Source of the DNA: an uncultured Verrucomicrobiae bacterium
GTDB taxonomy: Bacteria; Verrucomicrobiota; Verrucomicrobiia; Chthoniobacterales; Chthoniobacteraceae
DNA length: 64,000 bases
Reading direction: 5' to 3'
NCBI GenBank assembly: GCA_963836755.1
Contig: CAWIKF010000002.1
Coordinates: 1,696,001 to 1,760,000 of the forward strand
Shown here: piece after piece, positions 8,176 through 17,387 of the stretch
Position numbering within the stretch: the first letter of the stretch is position 1
Layout: the number at the start of each line of letters is the position of its first letter
Position numbers and translations under genes: made by a program
The notes under the pieces: generated by a model
The model's input: only the letters and a program-made list of their open reading frames with translations
Told to the model about the DNA's origin: nothing
Database searches by the model: none

Positions 8176-9921
8176 CTACCGCTTTGCGTGCAGCGCCCGC
8201 TCGACTTTCGCGAGCGGGAGGCAATTGATCACATCCTCGCGGGTGAGCCAGCCCTTGCGCGCTGCCGCGACGCCAAACCACAAATGCTGCAGCCGCGCGA
8301 TGTCGTGCGCGTCGGGATTGATCGCGCATTTCACGCCCTTCGATTTCGCCAGCGGCCACCAGCGCCAATCCATGTCGAGCCGCTTCGGATTCGCGTTGAG
8401 TTCGATGATCGTGCGCGTCGCCGCGGCGGCCTCGATCACCGCGGGAATGTCGACGGCGTAAGGCTCACGGCTCAAAAGCAACCGGCCGGTCACGTGGCCG
8501 AGCATTGTCACGTGCGGATGCGAAATCGCGCGGATGATCCGCTTCGTCATCTCCGCTTCGGGCAGATTGAAAACGGCGTGGACGGAGACGACGACGTAAT
8601 CCATCTGCGCCAGAATCTCGTCGGGAAAATCGAGCGAGCCGTCCTTCAAGATGTCGCACTCGACGCCGGCGAAGAGTCGGAAGCCGTCAAAACTTTTGTT
8701 TAACGCATCGATGTCGCGGCGTTGTTTTAACAATTGTTCCGCAGTCAACCCGTGCGCCTGGATCGAGCTTTTGGAATGATCCGCGATGCCGAGATATTCG
8801 AGCCCGAGATCCATCGCGCCGGCGGCCATCTGCTCGAGGGTGCAGCGGCCGTCGCTCGCGACCGTGTGGTTGTGAAAAGTGCCGCGCAGGTTTTCGAGCT
8901 TCACCAACTCCGGCAGCGCGTGCTTCTCCGCGGCGGCGAACTCGCCGAGATTTTCGCGCAGCTCCGGCTCGATGTATTCGAGCCCAAACGCCGCGTAGAG
9001 ATCGCGCTCCTCGCGGATCTTCGGCAGAGGTCGTGGATTTTTGACTTTCGATTTCGGGTTCTCGACCGGCTCCGCCCGGTATTCGTTGAGCGTCCAGCCA
9101 TTCTTTAATGCGCGACTGCGCATCTCGATGTTGTGCTCTTTGCTGCCGGTGAAATAGTTCAGCGCGAAGGGAAACTGCTCGTCGGTGACGACCCGCAGAT
9201 CAGCTTGCACGCCGGTTTTGAGGCGGACGCTGGTTTTTGTCGGGCCTTGCACGATCACGTTTTCGACGGCGTCGTGCGCGATGAAATACTGCGTGACGTC
9301 GGCCGGATTTTTCGTCGAGACGATGAAGTCAAGGTCGTGGACGATTTCCTTGCGGCGGCGGAAACTTCCGGCGGCGCTGACTTGAATGACGTCGGGCTGC
9401 GCGCGCAAGTCGGCGACAATTTGCTCCGCGAGCGCTGCGACATCGCCGAGGCGGAAACTGCCGGCGTGGCTCGCGCGCGCGGCGATGGCTGCGGAAATGT
9501 TGCGCGCGGTTTTCTCGCCGAAGCCCGCGAGCTTCGCGATGCGGCCGTCGTCGCACGCGGCTTGCAACTCGGCGATCGACGAGATGCCGAGCTTCTCGTG
9601 CAGCGTCTTAATTTTCTTCGCGCCGACGCCTTGCAGGTCGAACAGCTCGAACAGCGTCGCGGGAAACTCCGCTTTCAGTTCCTCATAAAACGGGAGCGAG
9701 CCGGTGTTCACGAGCGTGGAAACTTTGACGGCAATCGCTTTGCCGATGCCGGGAATTTCCTCGAGCCGCGACTCGCGTGCCATTTGCATGAGATCGCCCG
9801 GGAACGTTTCCACGGCGCGCGCGCCATTCGTGTAGGCGCGGATTTTGAAAGGATTCTCGCCCTTGAGCTCGAGCAATTGCGCGATCGATTCGAGCACGTC
9901 GGCGATGTCGTCTTTGGTCAC
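8176..9921 (-). CDS. polX: DNA polymerase X / PHP exonuclease
   Basis: ENPFKIRAY, GSFRR...HDLD, DLR, FTGSKEHN and PHP motifs HNHT, DHS, NPDAH. GTG start inferred. Confidence 0.93.
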   Translation of the reverse strand: MTKDDIADVLESIAQLLELKGENPFKIRAYTNGARAVETFPGDLMQMARESRLEEIPGIGKAIAVKVSTLVNTGSLPFYEELKAEFPATLFELFDLQGVGAKKIKTLHEKLGISSIAELQAACDDGRIAKLAGFGEKTARNISAAIAARASHAGSFRLGDVAALAEQIVADLRAQPDVIQVSAAGSFRRRKEIVHDLDFIVSTKNPADVTQYFIAHDAVENVIVQGPTKTSVRLKTGVQADLRVVTDEQFPFALNYFTGSKEHNIEMRSRALKNGWTLNEYRAEPVENPKSKVKNPRPLPKIREERDLYAAFGLEYIEPELRENLGEFAAAEKHALPELVKLENLRGTFHNHTVASDGRCTLEQMAAGAMDLGLEYLGIADHSKSSIQAHGLTAEQLLKQRRDIDALNKSFDGFRLFAGVECDILKDGSLDFPDEILAQMDYVVVSVHAVFNLPEAEMTKRIIRAISHPHVTMLGHVTGRLLLSREPYAVDIPAVIEAAAATRTIIELNANPKRLDMDWRWWPLAKSKGVKCAINPDAHDIARLQHLWFGVAAARKGWLTREDVINCLPLAKVERALHAKR

Positions 9922-9966
9922 GCGCACACCTTTACGGCGCGCGCTCGCGTGCTGCAACCTTTCCGG

Positions 9967-11559
9967 CTAATGCCGCTGATCGACCTTCGCCGGCGGCGGC
10001 TGTTCCGGCGGCAGCGATGCCGCAAAAGTCTTCCAAGGCTGCGACTCGACTTTGAAAGCGTAGGCCATTTTGCACGGGCGCTTGCTTTCGTCCTGCAACT
10101 CCGCGGGCATCTCGATCGAAACTTTGTCGCCATCCTGATGCCATTGCAGATCGTGGTCGTAGCCGAGCATGCGGATCGCCGAGCCGGGCGCGGGCCGCAC
10201 CAGCGCGGTCTCCAATTTCTCCCCCGGCCATTTCATGCTGAGGATGTAGACAAACTTCTTGTCCTTCGAGCGGGTGAAGCGGAGATCGTCGCCGTCGTGA
10301 TACCGCAGATAAGCGCGCGTCGCGTAGATGCTTTCGCCGTTGACCTTCAGCCAATCGCCCGCGGTCTTGAGTTGCTCGACCGCCGTCGGCGAAAACTTCC
10401 CGTTGCCGTCGGGCCCGACCGCGACCATGAACGCGCCACCCTTCGCGACTGAATCGATGAGATTGCGCACGATCCATTCGCCGCCTTTGTAGTCCTTTGG
10501 ATCCGGATCAAAAGCGAACGACGTCGCCAGCGGATAGATCACGAACCACGGCATGTCCGTATTCTGCGTATCGCCGGGAACGAAACGCTCGGGAGTAAAG
10601 TAGTCGCCATAGTTCCCGATGCCGCGCGCGCGCAGCATCACATCCGGCTGAAGCTTCCGCAGCGCGAACAGCGTCGAGCGCAGCTCCGGCCAGACCTCTT
10701 TGCCCAGCCACATATCGAGGCAGAGCATGTCGATCTTCCCATACTTCGTCAGCAGCTCGGTCAATTGCGCCCGATGCCGCGCCATCATCCGCGCCCGCTC
10801 CTCCGCGGTGGGCGCGGGGGCATTCTCCATGATGAGACCTTTCGGATCGATGGTGCTCGCGCCCTCGACCGGACTTTTCGCCACATGCGCCGGATGATCC
10901 ACATAAGGGCGGAAGTCGGCGTCATACCAATCGGGATGGGAAAAGTAGAGATCAATGGCCAGCCCATACTTGCGGCCCGCGTCGCAGAGCTCCTTCACGA
11001 TATCGCGGTGAAACGGCGTCTCCATGATGCTGTAGGCCAGGTCGCAATCCTCCAGTTGCGGCCCGCCCGGCGCCGCCCAGTTCACCCGCTTCTTCACCCG
11101 CGTCGCAGTGTCAAACATCGAGAAACCCTCATGATGCTTCGCCGTGAATGCGAACATCTTCATCCCATCCTCGCGGAACATCTTCATCCAGTCATCCGCG
11201 TTGAAGCCGACCGGATTCCACGTTTTATACAGCTCATTATAAGCCGCCTTCTTCGCATACGGCATCTTCAGGAAAGGCCACGACGTATCCGTGATCTCCC
11301 AGATCGAATAAATCCCCCAGTGAATCCGCACCCCATACTTGAGGTCGCGGAACGCCTCGTAAGCCGCCGGCGACGCGTGGTGATAACCGCCGATCGGCAC
11401 CTCCTCCACATAACTCTTTGTCGACTTATACTGCGAATCGTCCTTTGGCAGCGTGATGTTCGGCGTCGGCAGCCCCGGCTCATGCCGCGCAGGCCCGGGT
11501 GAAGTCGCGACGAGAGAGAGCGACAGAGCCACCAGGAAAAACAGGGGTATATGCTTCAT
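9967..11559 (-). CDS. Alpha-L-fucosidase (GH29), signal peptide
   Basis: IHWGIY, KHHEGF, LYFSHPDW and LIDSVAKGG motifs. Hydrophobic N-terminus from MKHIPL. Confidence 0.88.
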   Translation of the reverse strand: MKHIPLFFLVALSLSLVATSPGPARHEPGLPTPNITLPKDDSQYKSTKSYVEEVPIGGYHHASPAAYEAFRDLKYGVRIHWGIYSIWEITDTSWPFLKMPYAKKAAYNELYKTWNPVGFNADDWMKMFREDGMKMFAFTAKHHEGFSMFDTATRVKKRVNWAAPGGPQLEDCDLAYSIMETPFHRDIVKELCDAGRKYGLAIDLYFSHPDWYDADFRPYVDHPAHVAKSPVEGASTIDPKGLIMENAPAPTAEERARMMARHRAQLTELLTKYGKIDMLCLDMWLGKEVWPELRSTLFALRKLQPDVMLRARGIGNYGDYFTPERFVPGDTQNTDMPWFVIYPLATSFAFDPDPKDYKGGEWIVRNLIDSVAKGGAFMVAVGPDGNGKFSPTAVEQLKTAGDWLKVNGESIYATRAYLRYHDGDDLRFTRSKDKKFVYILSMKWPGEKLETALVRPAPGSAIRMLGYDHDLQWHQDGDKVSIEMPAELQDESKRPCKMAYAFKVESQPWKTFAASLPPEQPPPAKVDQRH

Positions 11560-11709
11560 GGGGAGAGCAGGGAAACGAGCGGCGGGCATCCAAAACCATT
11601 CCGCATCCGCGCATCAAGAATTTTTTTTAACACAGCCAATCGGACCCAAGCTCGCGGATCAAAGTCCGGCCCCCACGCGCCGGCCTCCCGCGCACATGCC
11701 CGGCGAGCG

Positions 11710-11930
11710 CGAAAAGCCGCGCCGCCGCGAGATGCGTTGCGCGTCAAAGTTGAGCCGGTCTTGCCGCCGCCAGATCGCCTCCGCGCCAAATCTGAGCCGA
11801 TCTCACCGCCGCGAGATGCACTCCGCGTCAAAACTGAGCCGATCTCGCCGCCGCAAGATGCACTCCGCGCCAAAAATTAGCCGATCTCGCCGCCGCGAGA
11901 TGCATTCAACTGGCAGATTGAGCCGATTCC
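11710..11930. repeat. Tandem array, about 5 x 42 bp, consensus about GAGCCGATCTCGCCGCCGCGAGATGCACTCCGCGYCAAAWYT
   Basis: The (G/A)CCGCCGC anchor occurs at 11721, 11763, 11805, 11847 and 11889, an exact 42-bp spacing. Confidence 0.93.
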
Positions 11931-12005
11931 TCCCCGGTTTTTGGACATTCCGCCGGGCGCGGAGACCATAAAATGTCGCATTTTGGACAAAAGCCCGGTT
12001 TGCGC

Positions 12006-12034
12006 TTGTCATCGACCCGCGCTGCCCCTAGCAT
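12006..12034 (+). promoter_or_regulatory. Putative sigma-70 promoter for the module-2 gene
   Basis: TTGTCA-N17-TAGCAT, 30 bp upstream of ATG 12065, followed by an A/C-rich leader. Confidence 0.6.
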
Positions 12035-12064
12035 CGCGGCTCAATTCCAAACCCATCTAATAAC

Positions 12065-12790
12065 ATGCCCAAATACCAAGCACCCACCTCAGACGCCAGC
12101 CGCCTGAGCTTCCTCCAAACCGCCGTCAAAACCGCCACCGGCGCGGACGCGGGTAAAAATTACGTCACGGCCGCCACCATCACGGCGGTGCAGGCGTTCG
12201 TGCCGCAGTTCGCGCCCGCCGCGACGGGCATCGCGGGCCTGCTCGCCCACCGCGTGCAGGATGTGGCCCAGCGGGAAGCGGCGCGCGCAACGCTCGACAC
12301 CTGCCTCTCGGATTTCTGGGAAGTGCTCAAGCGCCGCGTCCATCGCAAGGGCGAACCCGCCGCCGTGCTCGCCTTTTATAAGCTGCCGGCCGATGGCTCG
12401 GTGCCCGCTGTGAACACCTTTGCCGACCTGACCACCATGGCCGCCGAAGTGATCGCCGGCGATGCGCAAGCCGTTGCCGCCGGTCATCCCGCGATGGCCA
12501 ATCCCGACGCCGCCGAGCTGCAAGCCGCGCTCACCGCCGCGAATGCCGTGGCCGGCAACGTGCCGACGAGCGACCGCGCCTATGACGACGCGCAAAAGGC
12601 GATCGCCGCGTTGCGCCCGCGCGCGGATGAATTGATCGGCGACGTGATGGACGATCTGCGCAATTCGCTGCGCAAGACCGATTACCCGAGCCAGCGCCGC
12701 GTGATGCGCACCTACGGCGCAACCTTTACTCCACTCCCCGGCGAACCCGCCGACCCGACGCCCGCGCCGGTGACACCGCCGTCGCCTTAA
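12065..12790 (+). CDS. Uncharacterised helical protein of repeat-array module 2 (241 aa)
   Basis: Clean ORF with Ala-rich helices, ending RRVMRTYGATF plus a Pro-rich tail PGEPADPTPAPVTPPSP. Confidence 0.85.
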   Translation: MPKYQAPTSDASRLSFLQTAVKTATGADAGKNYVTAATITAVQAFVPQFAPAATGIAGLLAHRVQDVAQREAARATLDTCLSDFWEVLKRRVHRKGEPAAVLAFYKLPADGSVPAVNTFADLTTMAAEVIAGDAQAVAAGHPAMANPDAAELQAALTAANAVAGNVPTSDRAYDDAQKAIAALRPRADELIGDVMDDLRNSLRKTDYPSQRRVMRTYGATFTPLPGEPADPTPAPVTPPSP

Positions 12791-12822
12791 AGCCACGACG
12801 CAAGCTGTTCCCCGCTTTTTCC

Positions 12823-14610
12823 ATGCGATGTTTTCCCGGCGTGATGGTGGCGGTTCTGCTCGTGGGGTGGCGTGCGACGGTGTCTTGGGGGCAGGTGGCT
12901 GCGGAGCGGCCGGCTTTGCTGGTGTCGCCTGTCGCGCCGGTGCGTTTTGAAACGCGCGGGGGCGTTTATTTTGCGGACTTCGGCTCGGATGCTTTCGGGA
13001 ATTTGCAGGTGACTTTTCCAGGCGATGTCCGCGCGGCGAAGGTGACGATCCGGCTGGGGGAAAAGTTGGGCGCGGATGGGCGGATCGACCGGAAGCCGCC
13101 GGGGAGCGTGAATTACTGCGAGGTGGTTTTGATGGCGCAGCCGGGGCTCTGTCGGACGCGCATCCCGCTGAAGAAGGGGGCGCAGAGCGGGCCGAACGCG
13201 GTGAAGGAGGCGGCGGGGATCGGGAATGTGACGCCGTTTCGCTACGCGGAGATCGAGGGGAGTCCGGTGGCGCTGGATGCGGGCGTGGTCCGGCAGTTGT
13301 GCGTGCATACGGCGTTCGATGACGGCGCGAGTGCGTTTACCAGCTCGGATCCGACGCTGAATGCGGTGTGGCTTTTGTGCAAGCATACGATGAAGGCGAC
13401 GACGGCATTCGGTGTGTATATCGACGGGGAGCGGGAGCGGCGTCCCTACGAGGCGGATGCTTATATCAATTTCCTCTCGCACATGGCGTGCGATTTTAAT
13501 CCCGAGGTGGGGCGTTACACGATCGAGTATTTGCTGGCGCACCCGACGTGGCCGACGGAGTGGAGTTTGCACATGCCGATGCTGGTGGCGGCGGAGTATG
13601 AGGCGACGGGGGACGCGGCGCTGGCGTCGCGCAATTATGATGCGCTGAAGGGAAAGCTGATGATGGAAAAAGCGCGGGAGGATGGGCTGCTGCGGGCATC
13701 GGCGATCGTGGATTGGCCGGCTGGCGAGCGGGATGGATACAATGGCGGGGTGGCCGATCCGGAGCAGAAGCAGGAAGTCGGGCCGATGATCAACACGGTG
13801 GCGAATGCGTTTTATTTCCGTGCCTTGAAGGAGATGGCGGTGCTCGCGCGCGCTTTGCGCAAGGAGGAGGATGCGCGGACTTTTGACGCGAAGGCGGCGC
13901 AGGTTTGCGAGCGGGTCAATGCGATCCTTTTCGACACGAAGCGCGGGCTTTACATCGATGGCGAAGGCTCGGGGCACTCATCGCTGCACGCGAATATGTT
14001 TCCGCTCGCGTTCGGCATGGTGCCGGCGGCGCGGGAAAAGCGAGTCACGGATTTCGTGCAATCGCGCGGGATGGCGTGTAGCGTCTATGGCGCGCAATAT
14101 CTGCTGGAAGCTCTCTACAAGGCGGGACGGGATGATGCCGCGCTGCAGTTGCTCACGTCGCGCGGGGAGCGGAGCTGGTGGAACATGATCGCGGCCGGCT
14201 CGACGATGACGATGGAGGCGTGGGACATGAAGTTGAAGCCGAACGCGACGTGGAACCACTCGTGGGGGGCGGCACCGGCGAATATCATCGCGCGCTATCT
14301 GGTGGGCGTGCGGCCATTGACGCCGGGCTACGGGAAAATCCTCATTGCGCCGCGGCCGGGGACATTGGAGTCATTCGAGGGGAAAGTGCCGACAGCGCGC
14401 GGGCCGGTGAACGTGGATTTCCAGAAGGCGAGGGGCCGTTATGAGATCGGGGTGCCGGAGGCAATTGCGGCGCGTGTGTCACTGCCGCGGGCAACTTTCA
14501 CCGGCAGGCAGGTTTTGATGGACAAGAAGATGGCAGCGTCCAGTGAGGATGGCGATGAATTGACCTTCGAGGACGTTGGGCCGGGGCGGCACGTGTTTAG
14601 GCAGGAGTAG
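12823..14610 (+). CDS. Alpha-L-rhamnosidase-like glycoside hydrolase (GH78)
   Basis: FRYAE, IDGE.RERRPYEAD, IVDWP, TMTMEAW and NHSWG motifs. N-terminal signal-like segment. Confidence 0.85.
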   Translation: MRCFPGVMVAVLLVGWRATVSWGQVAAERPALLVSPVAPVRFETRGGVYFADFGSDAFGNLQVTFPGDVRAAKVTIRLGEKLGADGRIDRKPPGSVNYCEVVLMAQPGLCRTRIPLKKGAQSGPNAVKEAAGIGNVTPFRYAEIEGSPVALDAGVVRQLCVHTAFDDGASAFTSSDPTLNAVWLLCKHTMKATTAFGVYIDGERERRPYEADAYINFLSHMACDFNPEVGRYTIEYLLAHPTWPTEWSLHMPMLVAAEYEATGDAALASRNYDALKGKLMMEKAREDGLLRASAIVDWPAGERDGYNGGVADPEQKQEVGPMINTVANAFYFRALKEMAVLARALRKEEDARTFDAKAAQVCERVNAILFDTKRGLYIDGEGSGHSSLHANMFPLAFGMVPAAREKRVTDFVQSRGMACSVYGAQYLLEALYKAGRDDAALQLLTSRGERSWWNMIAAGSTMTMEAWDMKLKPNATWNHSWGAAPANIIARYLVGVRPLTPGYGKILIAPRPGTLESFEGKVPTARGPVNVDFQKARGRYEIGVPEAIAARVSLPRATFTGRQVLMDKKMAASSEDGDELTFEDVGPGRHVFRQE

Positions 14611-14625
14611 CTGGCGTGTTTGCGG

Positions 14626-17271
14626 CTAAGCCGAGGGCGAGGGTTTGGGCGTTGGTATTTGCGTTGGTAGAATCGTTGGCAGCTCAATGCCGGGCGTGAT
14701 GAACTCTCTCACGCTTCTGACCGTCAACTGGCCATGGAGATCGTCGATGGAACGGTCGCGGCTGCATTCGATGTCGATCGTCACCGGCACGCCGGGCTCG
14801 AGATGCACGAAGTTGTCCGAGTAGCGCGCGTCCGGTTCTTTCGGGAGGTTGATCCAGGTCCAGAGCGCGGGCTTGGCGCTCGTTAGCGTGACGCTGAAGT
14901 TTTTTCCCTTGCCCGACGTTTTCGCCTCAATCGTCGGCTCCGGCAGCGTGAGCTGCCCGGGCAGTGCGAAGAGCGAGAGATTGGTCTCCGCCGGGCCGCC
15001 TTCGGGAGTCACCGTCATCCACAGCAGCAGGTTCGCGAGGCCCGCTGCCTTTTCCGTGTCACTCAGAACGACCGATTCCGCGAGCATCGTGCCGTTGGCG
15101 GGGAGTTGGATGGCCGTTTCCTTGTGCCGCAATACTTTCCCGCCCGTTGTGGCCAGTCGCCAGGACAGCGATGCCTTCCCACCCGTGAGCCGATCATTGA
15201 TGACGTGAATGTCGACCTTTCCCAACTCGGAGTCCACGTCACCCGAGACCAGCACCGGCGCAAACATGTGCCTCGCGTGATATTGCGACGCCTTCCACCG
15301 GTGATAGTAGTCGATCATCGACCAGGATTGCCCCGGCCAGGAATCGTTGTATTGCCAGACCAGCGCTGCGGTGGAATGCGGCCGGTCCCGCCGCCAATGC
15401 TCGACGGCGAAGCGCAGTCCGAAGGCTTGAACGATCTGGCTCAGCCAGAAAACGTCGTCGATCTTTTCCGGAACTTTGCCGAAGTAACGGAACACCTGCT
15501 TCAGGATCTCGTCTTGAGCAGAAAGTTCGTGGTGTTGGAGGATCGGCGAGCCAACCCCGGCGGCCAGGTCGGCATCGGTGGCGAACCTCCGCGTCGAGGC
15601 CGGCTCGAGATAGGATTGGACTCCGAACTCCGCGATGAAGCCATGATTTTGGGCGTAACGGGAGAAGGGATTGCTCCCGTGCCCGAGTCCCCAATCGTGG
15701 TAGTCCGGGGCGCCGCCGCCGCCGCTGGATTCCTGGTATGGCTGCCCCGGCGCCAGCTTGCGCACAGCTCCGCCGATCACCTGGTCGAAAAGCTCCGCGT
15801 AGCCCACATAACCCCTGATCTCGTTGTTGCCGCTATAAATGGCGATCGAGGGATGATGCCGGACCCGCAGGATCTGGTCCTCGAGTTCCGCCTTCACGTT
15901 GGCGATAAACTTCTCGTCGAAACTGGGGTAGGACGTGTTGGCAAACTTGAACTCGAACATCAGCGCGATGCCCAGCTCATCGCAGGCATCGAAGAGCGCG
16001 TCATCCTCGTAAAAACCGCCGCCCCAGAGCCGGATGAAGTTGAAGTTGCACGCCGCCGCGTCCTGCATATACGAGCGCAGCACCTCGGGCGTGATCCGCG
16101 CCAGCAGATTGTCGGGGGGGATCATATCCGCTCCCTTGGCGAAAAACGGCTGCCCGTTGACCTTCAGCGTATAAGCCGCCTCCCGCGTCTTCGGGACCGT
16201 CTCGAATTGCCGCAGCCCGATCCGTTTTCGCATCGTATCGAGCACCGTCCCGCCGGCGTCCAGCAACTGCACCTCCACGGTGTAGAGGTTCTGCTCGCCC
16301 AGCCCGTTTGGCCACCAGAGCTTCGGCTGCGGGACGGTCAGCGTGAGCGCCGCCGCCAGATTCGCGACCGATTGCTTAACCGGTCCGCCTTCTTCCAGCA
16401 GGCGCGCGCTCACCGCACAGCCCGCGGGAGGCAGGCCAGCCAGGTCCGCCGCCACATCGAGCCGCACGGAACCATCGGAAGCGTGGTGCTGGATGATGGC
16501 CAGCTTCGCCAGCCGAGAATCATAGGCGCGCAGTTCGATGCCCTTCCAGATGCCCATCGTCATGATCGGACGGCACCAGTCCCAACCCCATTGATACGGC
16601 GCTTTGCGGATCCAGCCCCAGCTCCGGTTGTGCATGGAAGCGCGCACGCTTGATTGTTGTTTGACGTCGTCAGGCAGAACGTTCGGGTGCTCTTTGAGGT
16701 AAGCCTCCGTCAAGGCGTTCGTTTCCGCGTGATCGGGGACCGGTTGAAATTGGATTTCGAGCTCGTTCGAGCCCGGCTTGAGGGCTTGCTTCACGTCGAA
16801 GATCCAAGTCCGAAACATGTTATTGGTGGAGCCAAGAACCACGCCATTCAGCGTCACCGTGGCCAACGTATCCAGTCCATGACAGACCAATTCCACCGTT
16901 TTCGCCGCGAATTGCTTCGTCGTGGCCTCGAACGTCCTCCGATAAATCCACCCGGTTAGCGCGGCCTCGTCCTTGATGTCGTTCCCCATCCTGTCCTTGT
17001 TATTATCCCGGTAATAGGGATCGGGTATTTTCCCAGCGCGCAGCAAGTCGCTGTAATTGTCGCCCGGCACCTGCGCAGGCAGCTTCGCGCTCTTCCCAAC
17101 CTGCTGAAGCGTCCACGCCATTCCGCCAAGATCCATCGTCAGCACCTGGGTCGGGAGAGGTATTGCGGCCGATGCTGTTGTGACTTGCGCGGCTCGCGCG
17201 AATCTCCAAGGGCTAAGAGCCAATCCAGTCACTCCCATTCCGCAGACTTTGCTAAACGTGCGTCGATTCAT
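14626..17271 (-). CDS. Beta-mannosidase-like glycoside hydrolase (GH2), Tat signal
   Basis: IRKAPYQWGWDW, RLWGGG.YE, GNNE, AEFG and WQYND.WP motifs. Starts MNRRTF (twin-arginine). Confidence 0.9.
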   Translation of the reverse strand: MNRRTFSKVCGMGVTGLALSPWRFARAAQVTTASAAIPLPTQVLTMDLGGMAWTLQQVGKSAKLPAQVPGDNYSDLLRAGKIPDPYYRDNNKDRMGNDIKDEAALTGWIYRRTFEATTKQFAAKTVELVCHGLDTLATVTLNGVVLGSTNNMFRTWIFDVKQALKPGSNELEIQFQPVPDHAETNALTEAYLKEHPNVLPDDVKQQSSVRASMHNRSWGWIRKAPYQWGWDWCRPIMTMGIWKGIELRAYDSRLAKLAIIQHHASDGSVRLDVAADLAGLPPAGCAVSARLLEEGGPVKQSVANLAAALTLTVPQPKLWWPNGLGEQNLYTVEVQLLDAGGTVLDTMRKRIGLRQFETVPKTREAAYTLKVNGQPFFAKGADMIPPDNLLARITPEVLRSYMQDAAACNFNFIRLWGGGFYEDDALFDACDELGIALMFEFKFANTSYPSFDEKFIANVKAELEDQILRVRHHPSIAIYSGNNEIRGYVGYAELFDQVIGGAVRKLAPGQPYQESSGGGGAPDYHDWGLGHGSNPFSRYAQNHGFIAEFGVQSYLEPASTRRFATDADLAAGVGSPILQHHELSAQDEILKQVFRYFGKVPEKIDDVFWLSQIVQAFGLRFAVEHWRRDRPHSTAALVWQYNDSWPGQSWSMIDYYHRWKASQYHARHMFAPVLVSGDVDSELGKVDIHVINDRLTGGKASLSWRLATTGGKVLRHKETAIQLPANGTMLAESVVLSDTEKAAGLANLLLWMTVTPEGGPAETNLSLFALPGQLTLPEPTIEAKTSGKGKNFSVTLTSAKPALWTWINLPKEPDARYSDNFVHLEPGVPVTIDIECSRDRSIDDLHGQLTVRSVREFITPGIELPTILPTQIPTPKPSPSA

Positions 17272-17387
17272 TTTCCAATGGTGTGTCGGCGTGGCTGGAA
17301 ATGCAAAGGCGTTCTGCAATTTCGATGTCCTATTAACTCATCAAAATTCACCCGCACATCTGATCGTGTGATACATGTTCAACACCA

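Noticed and set aside
11710..11930. CRISPR array interpretation of the 42-bp palindromic repeats
   Set aside because: Units are contiguous with no unique spacers, and there are no cas genes in the window.
11453..11971. ORFs 11453..11971, 11551..11880 and 11556..11873 spanning array 2 as real genes
   Set aside because: They overlap the fucosidase start, and several frames are open simply because the repeat is GC-rich. There is no independent coding evidence.
17272..17387. Operator palindrome in the divergent GH2/GH92 intergenic region (CACATCTGATCGTGTG)
   Set aside because: The symmetry is imperfect, no second copy was seen and no regulator is adjacent.
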